A DNA stretch of 64,000 nucleotides, taken from the NCBI GenBank assembly GCA_963796965.1, contig CAWCNS010000007.1, positions 416,001-480,000 of the forward strand, read 5' to 3'. Under the pieces are notes generated by a model. The model saw only the letters and a list, made by a program, of their open reading frames with translations, was not told the origin of the DNA and did no database searches. This document shows positions 34,178-44,155 of this stretch, in pieces. A program made the translations under genes and the position numbers. The first letter of the stretch is position 1, and every line of letters begins with the position of its first letter. Source of the DNA: Calditrichia bacterium. GTDB lineage: Bacteria; Calditrichota; Calditrichia; JAJRVZ01.

Positions 34178-34975
34178 ATGATAAATAAACAAAAAATATC
34201 TCTGTATTTCGTCACTTTTCTCTTATTTTTAGTTTCTCATTCACAAGTCATAGAGGAGAATAACAAATCAGTTCTTATTATCGCCCACCGTGGTAGCACC
34301 GGTGAGGATATCCCCGAAAATACTACTGCAGCGTTCCGTAGGTCTATAAGAATTGGCGTCGATCTCATCGAAATTGATCTTAGGGGAAGTCTTGATGGAC
34401 GTATTATGATCATGCATGACGAGACCTTGGACCGAACAACCAATGGCTTTGGTAAACTAAATTCTTTTACTTATCTGGAATTAAAAAATCTTGATGCCGG
34501 GAACGAAGAATCCATTCCAACCTATGATGAGGTATTGGATCTAATTGGCGGTACACGCACAAAACTTCTTCTCGATATTAAATTAAGTGCAACATTACCT
34601 CTTGAGAATATTGTTGCCCTCACTGAAACCTATCATTCAACATTGGATGTTGTTGCCGGAGTCAGAAATCTCAATGATCTCAACACAATTAAACGTATTA
34701 ATCCAAATATTCGCACTCTTGGTTTTATTTCAAAGCCTGGTCTGGCTGAGGATTTTATAAAAGCAGGTGTCGATATCATACGACTGTGGCCAAAATGGAT
34801 AAAAAATAATCCAGACCTTATCGGGCAGATACATAATTTAGGGAAACCTGTTTGGAGTACCTGCACTTCTCCATCTGCCGATGAGCACCAATACCTTATT
34901 GATGCGGGAATTAATGGCATCATAACCGATTATCCACAACTCCTGAAAGAATTGTTAATAAAAAAACAAAATTAA
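34178..34975 (+). CDS. Glycerophosphodiester phosphodiesterase family protein
   Basis: IAHRG, PENT, IEIDL, MHDETLDRTT and GIITDYP. Confidence 0.9.
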   Translation: MINKQKISLYFVTFLLFLVSHSQVIEENNKSVLIIAHRGSTGEDIPENTTAAFRRSIRIGVDLIEIDLRGSLDGRIMIMHDETLDRTTNGFGKLNSFTYLELKNLDAGNEESIPTYDEVLDLIGGTRTKLLLDIKLSATLPLENIVALTETYHSTLDVVAGVRNLNDLNTIKRINPNIRTLGFISKPGLAEDFIKAGVDIIRLWPKWIKNNPDLIGQIHNLGKPVWSTCTSPSADEHQYLIDAGINGIITDYPQLLKELLIKKQN

Positions 34976-34999
34976 TGAATATTTCACCCAGCGTTCTTT

Positions 35000-35084
35000 T
35001 CTCACGCTAAGGCGCCAAGAGGCTAAGTAGGCGAAGTTTTTATATATAAAAGAAATCTTTGCGGCGTTGCGTCACTGCGCGAAA
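35000..35084. repeat. Inverted ~8-bp periodic repeat element (CGCAAAGA family)
   Basis: tctcacgctaaggcgccaagaggctaag ... ctttgcggcgttgcgtcactgcgcgaaa. Confidence 0.55.
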
Positions 35085-35132
35085 ACATATTATCACTTAT
35101 TAATGAATTATTTTATAATATTGGAGAAAATC

Positions 35133-36737
35133 GTGAGTAAAACTTTAAATATCGCAATTATTTTCATCATAATTACCACGGTTTCATGGTTGCCGGCCCA
35201 CGATAATTCGATGATAAACAAGAATTATCCCACCCCGCCGCCTACAATTGATCCAGGACCCGATGCCGCCCTATTAAAAATAAATATTGTAGACAAAAGC
35301 ACTGGCAAGGGCTTGAGTGCTACGGCTTGTGTAAATAACGGTGACCAGGAACCCGATAATGATCCTTACAAAAAATACAGCCTAAGGAGGAGCGCCAACA
35401 GGCTTAAAGGCCCCATTCGCTTACGGGATATAAACTATTATTTTTATACAGATGGCTATTTTGAGGTCCGCGTGCCAGCAGGGGATGCAACCATTGAAAT
35501 ATCAAAAGGTTATGAATATACGCCTCAAACGATTAACCTAAGTTTAAATAAGAAAGAGGTGCGTCATATTAAAGTGATGCTGAAAAGGAACATCGACATG
35601 TCTTCATTGGGATGGTATTCAGGAGACACGCATATACACATGGATCGCACGGCTAATAATGATGACACCTTATTAACAATTACCTCAGCAAAAGATATTC
35701 AATACGCTTATCTTTTATCGATGAATACGGAAGGATATGATCAGGGGAAGAAATTTGAATCATGGTTGCAGGCAAAAGGATTAGGGGATGGATCTAATTA
35801 CGAGAACGGTCCCTACCACCTATCATCCGGCCAGGAATATAGAACCAATCGTCTCGGCCATATAACATTGATAATGAATAATGATTACGTTCCAGGGATC
35901 GGCCCTGTTGCTCATACCGATAGTGGTCCTTCTTTGGGAGTAATTGCCGATCAGGCTCATGATCACAGTGGATATGTGGCTTTAAATCACGGTGGTTACC
36001 CAGATCAGGAAGCAGATGGCGTACTATTAGAAGATAAGATGGATTTTTTAGAACTACTTCAATTTGGTGGCTATCGTAGTTTGGGATTGAATGGTTGGTA
36101 TGATTACCTCAATATAGGATTTCGTCTACCCATCGTTGGGGCCTGTGACTATCCCTATACGAGGGAATTGGGTAGCGAGATCACCTATGTTTGGAATCAG
36201 CATATACCTTCGTTGCGTAGCTTTGCTGAAGGCTTAAGGGATGGAAGAAGCTTCGCCACTTCCGGACCAATGCTTTTTCTCGAAGTTATGAAAAAGAAGC
36301 CTGGCGAGATTTTAACGTATGATGATAGATCAACCGTAAACCTTCCCATATCAATCAAGGTTGAAAGTCCTATCTATCCGGTTCGCTTTCTAGAATTGAT
36401 TGTAAATGGAAGGGTTGTCGAGCGTCTTTTCTCCGGCCATCCTAAACATAGCTGGAACTTCGAATCAGAGTTAATAATCAACGAGAGCTGCTGGATCGCA
36501 GCACGCACGTATGCAGAAGCCGGAACCGAAGCCCATACAAATCCTGTTTATATCTATCTTAACAATAAACTACCTCACAATCGTAATAGTCTTCGCCAGA
36601 TCATTGCGAGGTTGGAAAGCTCAGTTGAAGCTGTACCCAATCCTGTGATTGTTGCCCGATTGGAAGATCTAAAAATTGAAATTTTGAAAATACTCAATGG
36701 CGAAAAGAGCAACCTTCCCTTCCCATTCATCCCATAA
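35133..36737 (+). CDS. CehA/McbA-like PHP-fold metallohydrolase, secreted
   Basis: GWYSGDTHIH, GQEY, GHI, NHG, WYDYLN.G..LP..G.CD, GRSFATSGP and AHTNPVY. Confidence 0.7.
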   Translation: MSKTLNIAIIFIIITTVSWLPAHDNSMINKNYPTPPPTIDPGPDAALLKINIVDKSTGKGLSATACVNNGDQEPDNDPYKKYSLRRSANRLKGPIRLRDINYYFYTDGYFEVRVPAGDATIEISKGYEYTPQTINLSLNKKEVRHIKVMLKRNIDMSSLGWYSGDTHIHMDRTANNDDTLLTITSAKDIQYAYLLSMNTEGYDQGKKFESWLQAKGLGDGSNYENGPYHLSSGQEYRTNRLGHITLIMNNDYVPGIGPVAHTDSGPSLGVIADQAHDHSGYVALNHGGYPDQEADGVLLEDKMDFLELLQFGGYRSLGLNGWYDYLNIGFRLPIVGACDYPYTRELGSEITYVWNQHIPSLRSFAEGLRDGRSFATSGPMLFLEVMKKKPGEILTYDDRSTVNLPISIKVESPIYPVRFLELIVNGRVVERLFSGHPKHSWNFESELIINESCWIAARTYAEAGTEAHTNPVYIYLNNKLPHNRNSLRQIIARLESSVEAVPNPVIVARLEDLKIEILKILNGEKSNLPFPFIP

Positions 36738-36919
36738 CTTGAGAAAAAGAACACAGCATACTAAATTGACCGCAAATAACTCAACAATTACGGTATTTTT
36801 TATTTTGCCACCAACTGACACAGAGGATTATATATAAACTTTTTTTGAAGCTGAACTTTAAATATAGTATGTGAAAGTCAGTATTTATCTATAATTAGCA
36901 TAATCCCTAACATCACATA

Positions 36920-38000
36920 ATGCGAAAAAAATTAAAAATAAGTTTGGCTACTTTAATAGCAATCGCAATGTTGTTTATCTGCTATGTCTATTTTGCCACC
37001 TATCATCCTGATGATGTTCTAAAAGAACCCTGTTTTAATACGGACAATGCCCCTTTTCTCACACAGGGAAAATCGATAAAAGTTCTCTGTTGGAACATCC
37101 AATTCCTTGCAGGGAATAAAAATAATTATTTTTTTTTTGAAGGTGGCTGTGATCCCTGGCCCTCCCGTGAGACTATTAACTATACATTATCAGAAGTTGT
37201 CCGTATCATTAAAGATGAGAATCCTGATTTGATATTACTCCAGGAAGTTGATGACGGCTCGGCCCGGACCTACCATAAGGATCAATTATCCGAGATTCTT
37301 AAGTTATTGTCAGATAGCCTCAAAAATCATACATCTTCTTTTTATTGGAAAGCCTGGTATATACTCCATCCCGCAATTATGGGTTCTGCCGGAATGAAAC
37401 TTTCAATAATTTCCAAATATAAAATGGATAATGCTATCCGATATGCGTTATCTCCCATAACAACAGACAATATCATTTTGCGACAGTTTAATCCAAAACG
37501 GGCAATGCTCGAAGCCACCCTCCCCGTTCGTGGTGGACAACCGTTAAAGGTTATCAATACACATCTGAGTGCTTTCGCTCAGGGCTCTAATACAATGGAG
37601 AAACAAATTTCCCAGGTAGATCGCATTCTAGGCAAAGATTGAAGAGGATAATGATCTTGGATTCATTGCCGGCGATTTTAATTTAATCCCACCAGGCCCT
37701 GCCTATGATCGTTTATCAGATTTTAATAAAAGTTATTACAATCCCCGGGGAACTGAGATTGCTCCCCTTTTCAACAAATATTTTACGGTTCCCACTCTTT
37801 CTGATTTAAATGGTACGGCCTATAGTGAGTGGTACACAAATATGGCAACAAATGCTGATCCAAAGGTGCCAGACAAGACGATAGATTATTTTATTTTTGC
37901 TGACGGATTAAAGCCGGATACGAACTATGTAAGATACAAGGATACAGCCCATATCTCAGATCATTTACCATTAATCATTACCATAACCATACCGGAATAA
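36920..38000 (+). CDS. Endonuclease/exonuclease/phosphatase (EEP) family protein; one probable frameshift near 37634
   Basis: WNIQ, LQEVD and NTHLS in ORF 36920..37642. The +1 frame continues with AGDFN, IDY and SDHLP to TAA at 38000. Confidence 0.85.
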
Positions 38001-38058
38001 ACCAATTATATATCGTAGAGACCGAGCTTTGTCAGGAATGTGTGATTTAGAGACTATA

Positions 38059-38125
38059 GGCATAGTGCAGAGCGCATTGCGCTTGGTGGCATAATATTAT
38101 TTTACCATGCTCTATGCGCTATGCG
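38059..38125. repeat. Heptamer (GCATAGC) inverted repeat
   Basis: ggcatagtgcagagcgcattgcgcttgg ... ccatgctctatgcgctatgcg. Confidence 0.6.
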
Positions 38126-38182
38126 AACTCTACATAGAGATAAAACATCTTTTGCTATAAATATCAAAAAGAATTAAATCGA

Positions 38183-38998
38183 GTGAGGATACAATTGTCG
38201 TACGTTCATGGATATTCACCAAGGGAAACGGAAAGATTGCAGGATCAATCTAAAATCTTAGAAGATTTGCTGCATTCGGGTACAATTTATGAAAAAGGAG
38301 AAAAAATTCTCGAAGCAGGATGCGGCGTTGGGGCACAAACCCGTATTCTTGCACGAAATAGCCCTGGTTCAGAAATTACGTCAATCGATATTTCTCTGGA
38401 ATCTTTAGAAAAAGCTAAAAAAGCCATTGATAAAGAACAGATAAAAAATGTGTGTTTTGAGCAGCAAGACTTGCGAAAATTGACATTTGTGGATGGTTAT
38501 TTTGATCATATTTTTGTCTGTTTTGTTCTGGAGCATCTTGATAATCCACCCCTTGCACTACTTGAACTGAAACGTGTATTAAAACCAGGGGGGAGCATCA
38601 CCTTAATTGAAGGAGATCATGGATCCTGTTTTTGGCATCCGGAGACAACTCCGGCAATCAACGCCTGGCGTTCATTAATCCGTGTCCAGGCAGATATAGG
38701 TCATGACGGATTGATTGGCCGATGCCTTTATCCCCTCCTCAATGAGGCTGATTTTAAAGTAGAAGATGTTTCACCCAGGTGGATTTATGCAGATTATTCT
38801 GATCCGGTCCTTTTAGATGGAGTTGTTAATAAAATCATTGTACCAATGGTAAACTCCTCAAAACAGCAAATCTTAGACAATAAAATCCTAAGTAGAGAGA
38901 TGTGGAAGGCGGGTATTCAAGACTTAACAAATGTAGGCAAGGCTGAAGATGGTACATTCTTTTATACCTGGTTTAAGGCCATTGCCAAGAAGAAGTAG
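38183..38998 (+). CDS. Class I SAM-dependent methyltransferase
   Basis: ILEAGCGVG, FDHIFVCFVLEH and LKPGG. Confidence 0.88.
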   Translation: MRIQLSYVHGYSPRETERLQDQSKILEDLLHSGTIYEKGEKILEAGCGVGAQTRILARNSPGSEITSIDISLESLEKAKKAIDKEQIKNVCFEQQDLRKLTFVDGYFDHIFVCFVLEHLDNPPLALLELKRVLKPGGSITLIEGDHGSCFWHPETTPAINAWRSLIRVQADIGHDGLIGRCLYPLLNEADFKVEDVSPRWIYADYSDPVLLDGVVNKIIVPMVNSSKQQILDNKILSREMWKAGIQDLTNVGKAEDGTFFYTWFKAIAKKK

Positions 38999-39001
38999 AA
39001 A

Positions 39002-39107
39002 CGTATAGCGTTGAGAGAAAAGCGCTGAAAGTAGAGAGTAGAGAGTTGAAAGTAAAAAGTCTAATTTATTAGTGCATTACCCTATGCACTCTGCACTTTG
39101 CTTTTTC
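39002..39107. repeat. Heptamer inverted repeat (GTAGAGA / ACTCTGC)
   Basis: gtagaga-gtagaga-gttgaaa-gtaaaaa ... ccctatgc-actctgc-actttgc. Confidence 0.55.
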
Positions 39108-39138
39108 AATTTATAGAAATTAATCTTAAGGAAAGAAC

Positions 39139-39411
39139 ATGTGCAGAAATATAAGACCTTTATTTAACTATGATCCCGCAGTCAGCCACGAAGACATCCA
39201 TGCAGCATCTTTGCAATTTGTCAGAAAGATTACGGGTTATCAATCTCCTTCTCAGGTAAATGAAACATCTTTTTATAAAGCCGTCGAAGAAATCACCCAA
39301 ATATCAGAAAATCTGCTTTCCTTACTGGTAACCACTGCTCCTCCCCGTAACCGGGAAGATGAGTTAGCGAAAGCGCGAGAGAAGGCACGAAAGAGGCTTG
39401 GAGAGACGTGA
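39139..39411 (+). CDS. DUF2277 family protein
   Basis: MCRNIRPLFN..P...DIHAASLQFVRKITG...PS..NE..F signature. Confidence 0.8.
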   Translation: MCRNIRPLFNYDPAVSHEDIHAASLQFVRKITGYQSPSQVNETSFYKAVEEITQISENLLSLLVTTAPPRNREDELAKAREKARKRLGET

Positions 39412-39582
39412 TATGGGATTAGAGATGGGCGATGTGGGAGATGAGATTTGAGATTAGGAACGTGATTTGAAGGGGAAGAGAAATATGATGCGTGATTCGG
39501 GATACAGGATACGGGATTTACTATTTTTTTTATCCAATTCATATTTCCACATCTTCTATCGGGAATCACATATCACATATCT
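39403..39582. repeat. Heptamer inverted repeat tract (GATWTGG/GATACAG) between convergent genes
   Basis: gatatgg-gattaga...gatgcgt-gattcgg-gatacag-gatacgg, with complementary atcacat-atcacat on the right. Confidence 0.55.
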
Positions 39583-39583
39583 G

Positions 39584-41041
39584 CTATTTAATTCCCCCCG
39601 TTAATTTCCCCAGGACAGGGGTCAAAATAAAAAACAATATTCCAGCGCCAATAGCTATAAAAGCAACAGTACCAAAAAGCTCAACCAGAGGTAATTTTTC
39701 AAATTGGCCGGCGACCAATCCGGCTATTAAGTTCCCCAGAGCAGACCCCATAAACCAGGTACCCATCATCTGACCAACCAAAGGTTTTGGGGACAGTTTT
39801 GTCACACTGCTTAGTCCAACCGGACTGAGGCAAAGTTCACCAAATGTATGAAACAAGTATGTCGTAATAAGCCAGTGAGGGCCTACGCCCGGTCCATCTG
39901 GATTTGCATAGTTCGATGCCCACATCAGGACCAAAAAACCGGCACCCAACAGTACTAATCCTATACCAAATTTCGCTGGAATAGAAGGGTTCTTTTCTCC
40001 CAATTTTACCCATAAGATCCCGAAAATAGGTGCAAAGATAATAATAAATAAAGCCCCAAAACTCTGAAACCAACTGGCAGGAAGTTCAAATCCAAAAAAT
40101 ATTCGGTCAGTGAGGCGGTCTGCAAAAAGATTCATCGAAGAACCAGCTTGCTCAAAACCTGACCAAAACAAGGCAGCGCCAACAAAAAGAAAAAATATTA
40201 CAATAACTCTTTTCTTCTCTACTAATTGTAGATTTCCAAATAGTAATACGTATAAAAAATACAAAATGGCTACAAGCAATATGATTACCCCTGTAGCAGC
40301 TGCGATACCTTCAAGAGTGAAATAAAAGATTTCAAATTGATGGAAAAGGGTCATAAATACTGTTAGAAGAACAACAACAACGATACCTTGTGTAAATCCC
40401 TTTTTAGACCTTGAGCGGAGATCGGGAGAATTATTTTTAATAAGACCAACATCTCCAAAATGATAAGAATTTAATTTATATTGAATCAAACCAAAGATCA
40501 TAAATATTCCAGCAGAGAGAAAGCCCAAATGCCAGTTTATCCCTTCTCCAAAAAATCCACAGACCAGTGGCCCCAGAAGTGCGCCGACATTGATACCCAT
40601 ATAAAATATTGAGAATCCTGCATCACGTCTGGCACCCCCTTCAGGGTACAGATCGCCAACAATGGCACTTACATTAGGCTTTAGTAAGCCGGTTCCGGCT
40701 ACAATCAAAATTAAGCCTGAAGGGAACAAGATCTCTCGTAATAGTGGTATTGCTAAACAGAGGTTACCGGCTGCGATTAAAATGCCTCCGTAGAACACTG
40801 CCTGACGTTGCCCTATAATTCTATCAGCGATCCATCCTCCCGGTAGAGCAAGCAGGTAAACAAGTGCTGTATACAATCCATAGATGGCGGCAGCGGTCGT
40901 ATCATCAAGACCAAAGCCGCCCTCATCCAGGCTTGCAACCATATACAGGATTAAAATCCCACGCATACCATAATAACTAAATCTTTCCCACATCTCCGTA
41001 AAAAACAAAACCAATAATCCTTTGGGATGATCTTTAAACAT
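39584..41041 (-). CDS. Proton-dependent oligopeptide (POT/PTR) MFS transporter
   Basis: FTEMWERFSYYGMR, GLLKPN, FYMGINVG and GELCLSPVGLS. Confidence 0.92.
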   Translation of the reverse strand: MFKDHPKGLLVLFFTEMWERFSYYGMRGILILYMVASLDEGGFGLDDTTAAAIYGLYTALVYLLALPGGWIADRIIGQRQAVFYGGILIAAGNLCLAIPLLREILFPSGLILIVAGTGLLKPNVSAIVGDLYPEGGARRDAGFSIFYMGINVGALLGPLVCGFFGEGINWHLGFLSAGIFMIFGLIQYKLNSYHFGDVGLIKNNSPDLRSRSKKGFTQGIVVVVLLTVFMTLFHQFEIFYFTLEGIAAATGVIILLVAILYFLYVLLFGNLQLVEKKRVIVIFFLFVGAALFWSGFEQAGSSMNLFADRLTDRIFFGFELPASWFQSFGALFIIIFAPIFGILWVKLGEKNPSIPAKFGIGLVLLGAGFLVLMWASNYANPDGPGVGPHWLITTYLFHTFGELCLSPVGLSSVTKLSPKPLVGQMMGTWFMGSALGNLIAGLVAGQFEKLPLVELFGTVAFIAIGAGILFFILTPVLGKLTGGIK

Positions 41042-41435
41042 TTATCCTCCATTCAAGCATCTTTTTAATGTAAGAGATGTATAAAACAAACTTTTTACAA
41101 AGATTAACTATTTTCTAAAATAAATGCATCAAAAACACCTAAATTCAGCAGAAAGCTTGCCGGAAAATTAAGTAATTTATGATTTACACCGAGATTGTAT
41201 TTCAACATGTTCAGATGCATTCTATCTGAACGAACTACCTAGTCTGATTGATAAAATTGCCTATATACAAACGAATTTTCTACCAAAAAGAAAATTTGAA
41301 AACTAAATGAAGACATGTCCTTCACAATTACTCGGCCACTTTAATTACTTTCTGCTAAATAATAATTTGATATATTTTTTATTTATCTTTGCTAATGTTT
41401 AATTTTAGTTATAGAATATACTGGGAAGTTAAAAG

Positions 41436-42110
41436 ATGACCAAAATTGTACTTACTGGCGTTACCAGGGGTCTGGGGCGTGCATTAGTAAACAGATTTGT
41501 AGAACAAAATCATATAATTTATGGTTGTGGCAGATCAGAGACACAAATCAATGATCTTAATGGTAGATTTCCCTCTCCTCACGCATTTAAGAGTCTCGAT
41601 ATATCATATTGGGAACAAGTTCTTAACTGGGCTAACGGCTTAATTAACAAGGGAATTGTTCCAGACCTCTTGATAAATAATGCCGCATTGATGAATAAGT
41701 CTGCACCCTTATGGAAAATATCAGATGAAGAATTTAGAAAATTGATGGATGTAAATGTCGCTGGTACAGTAAACACCATAAGAGCCTTTTTACCAGCAAT
41801 GATAGAGAACGGGACAGGTATTATTGTAAACATGAGTTCCGGATGGGGCCGCTCAACCGCACCCAATGTAACACCCTACTGCACCAGCAAATGGGCAATT
41901 GAAGGTTTGACGCAGGCTTTATCACAGGAACTTCCGGGAGGGTTGGCGGCAATTGCCGTAAATCCGGGTGTTATCGATACAGATATGCTACGTACCTGCT
42001 GGTCTGATAGTGTCGGAGGCTTCCAATCACCTGATGAATGGTCACATAAAGCCGTAAAGTTTTTATTGGGATTATCGCCGTCTGATAATGGAAAATCAAT
42101 GTCGATATAG
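41436..42110 (+). CDS. Short-chain dehydrogenase/reductase
   Basis: TGVTRGLG, NNAA, SSG, YCTSK and NPGVIDT. Confidence 0.9.
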   Translation: MTKIVLTGVTRGLGRALVNRFVEQNHIIYGCGRSETQINDLNGRFPSPHAFKSLDISYWEQVLNWANGLINKGIVPDLLINNAALMNKSAPLWKISDEEFRKLMDVNVAGTVNTIRAFLPAMIENGTGIIVNMSSGWGRSTAPNVTPYCTSKWAIEGLTQALSQELPGGLAAIAVNPGVIDTDMLRTCWSDSVGGFQSPDEWSHKAVKFLLGLSPSDNGKSMSI

Positions 42111-42147
42111 TTGGATAACAACTTCTACTTCTAATTCAAAAGATAAC

Positions 42148-42365
42148 AGACCCTGAAATAAACCTGTCCTGACGACAGGTCAGGATTCAGGGTGAAAAGA
42201 ATATGAATTCATATTAAATGTCATGCCGAACTTGTTTCGGTATCTTATATAGCTGGAAACATAAGAATATTTGTTTACTAATATTTAGGTTATGCTGAAC
42301 TCGATTCAGCTTCCCGGCCTCATAAAATCAGAAGTTTTAGATCCTGAAATATATTCAGGGCTGGC
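42148..42365. repeat. Cluster of four ~26-bp hairpins of the GTCATNCYGAACTTGTTTCRGNATCT family
   Basis: Copies at 42148-42195 (with a 23-nt insert), 42220-42245, 42289-42313 and 42339-42365, in both orientations. Confidence 0.7.
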
Positions 42366-42414
42366 AAGCTCAAGATTACAATATTTGTTAATGCAATATC
42401 TATAGGAATGAACT

Positions 42415-43885
42415 ATGTTTTATATATCTAATAATTTATACAAATCACTAATCCTTTTATCCCTTCTTTTTTGGATATTTTTCTCATTTCAAGCCTGCTC
42501 AGATTCCAGTCCCAAACCCAATATCATCTTCATCATGTCAGATGACCTTGGTTACGGTCACTTGGGTTGCTATGGTCAGGAAATCATAAAGACACCCAAT
42601 ATCGACCAATTCAGCTGCAGAGGGTATGCGATTTAACCAGGCTTATTCAGGCTGCTCCGTATGTGCCCCATCAAGAAATACCCTGATGACCGGGCAACAT
42701 TCCGGGCATATTTCAGTCCGGGGCAACGGTGGCGGGGTTTCCCTGCTCGAAAATGATATAACTATTGCTCAAATCTTAAAAAAAGCCGGCTATAAAACAG
42801 GATTATTCGGAAAATGGGGGTTGGGTGAAGAAGGAACCGTTGGAATCCCCAATAACAAAGGATATGATCAGTTTTTTGGTTATCTTCATCAGCTTCATGC
42901 CCAATTTTACTATCCAGAATTCCTTTGGAAAAATCAGGAAAAAATATATTTTCCCGAAAACAATAATATGAAAAGGGGGACTTACTCTCCTGATTTAATT
43001 CTGAGAAAATCATTCGAATTTATCAAAGAAAATAAAAATGCACCTTTTTTCCTATATCTGCCAGTGGCTATCCCCCATCATGAATTTATTGCGCCTGACG
43101 AGACCCTGGTCCTGTACAGCGGAAGATTTGAGGAGTTCCCGATTCCTCATTGGCGTGACGGCTATGCCTTGCCCAGAGAACCACGGGCCACATTTGCTGC
43201 TATGGTAACCCACATGGACAAAGGCATTGGCGAATTAATGGCATTACTGAATGATCTGCAACTAGATAAAAACACAATCGTCTTTTTTGTATCTGATAAT
43301 GGGGCTGCACATGGCCCGTTAGAAAATGCGGAGTTCTTCAAAGCAAATGGACTTCTTCGTGACTATAAAGGCAGTTTATATGAAGGGGGTATTCGCGTAC
43401 CGATGATTGTTCGCTGGCCTGGAAAGATTCAGCGAAATTCAACCACCGACCTCATTACCTATTTTCCAGATATTATGCCCACTTTGGCAGATTTGGCCGA
43501 AGCCTCTTCTTATGTCCCAGAGAATATCGATGGCCTTTCTATTTTGCCAACTTTGTTAAATCAAGGGAAACAAGTTAAACATGAATTACTTTACTGGGAA
43601 GACACAGAATACCACAGAACACAACCTTTTGGGCCGATCAAGGAGACATCCATAACAGCAGTACGAATGGGAAAATGGAAAGGGGTGAGAAACTCACCAA
43701 ATTCGCCTATAGAATTATATAATCTTGACACAGATATTGGAGAAAAAGATGATTTGGCAGGTAAATTTCCGGAAATTGTAGATAAAATCTCAAAGATAAT
43801 GGCCATGGAACACAAAGATGCCCCACCGCAGGTGGATATGCCCCATGATGAGGCGGCGAAATTATATATTCCTGGCCGGAATTGA
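42415..43885 (+). CDS. Cys-type arylsulfatase (S1), lipoprotein; one probable frameshift near 42612
   Basis: FQAC lipobox; PNIIFIMSDDLG..TPNID joins AAEGMRF after removing one base; CAPSR, GKWGLG, SDNG and KGSLYEGGIRVP. Confidence 0.88.
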
Positions 43886-43890
43886 TTTTA

Positions 43891-44040
43891 TCCACGGATT
43901 TCACAAATTAAATACATTAATTTACACTCTATTTGATCCAATACCTGGATGAAGAAATTCATTTAAATAAAGTATATTTACTATTTTCCTTCATGCAAAC
44001 AACTGTTAATGAATTCGTGATAATTCGTGGAATTCGTTGA
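43891..44040. repeat. Inverted arms of ~9-bp periodic repeats (CACGGATTT/AATTCGTG)
   Basis: tccacggatttcacaaatt ... aattcgtgataattcgtggaattcgttga. Confidence 0.6.
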
Positions 44041-44155
44041 GAATCTTTTTATTATCTTTATAGCATTTTCATATTGTATAAATACTGATATTACAATTTA
44101 GATGCATCACTTTATTACTAATTAAAGTGATGCTTTAAATCGACTTGGAGAACTA

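Noticed and set aside
32014..39411. Integron cassette array (same-strand genes separated by hairpins)
   Set aside because: No intI, and no consistent RYYYAAC...GTTRRRY attC ends were recognised; the junction repeats belong to different families.
39273..39773. Short ORFs 39273..39569 (-) and 39492..39773 (+)
   Set aside because: They read through the heptamer repeat tract and run antisense to real genes.
41209..41231. Hairpin GTTCAGAT-N7-ATCTGAAC between divergent genes
   Set aside because: A single 8-bp stem with no U tract and no second copy seen; it cannot be assigned as operator or terminator.
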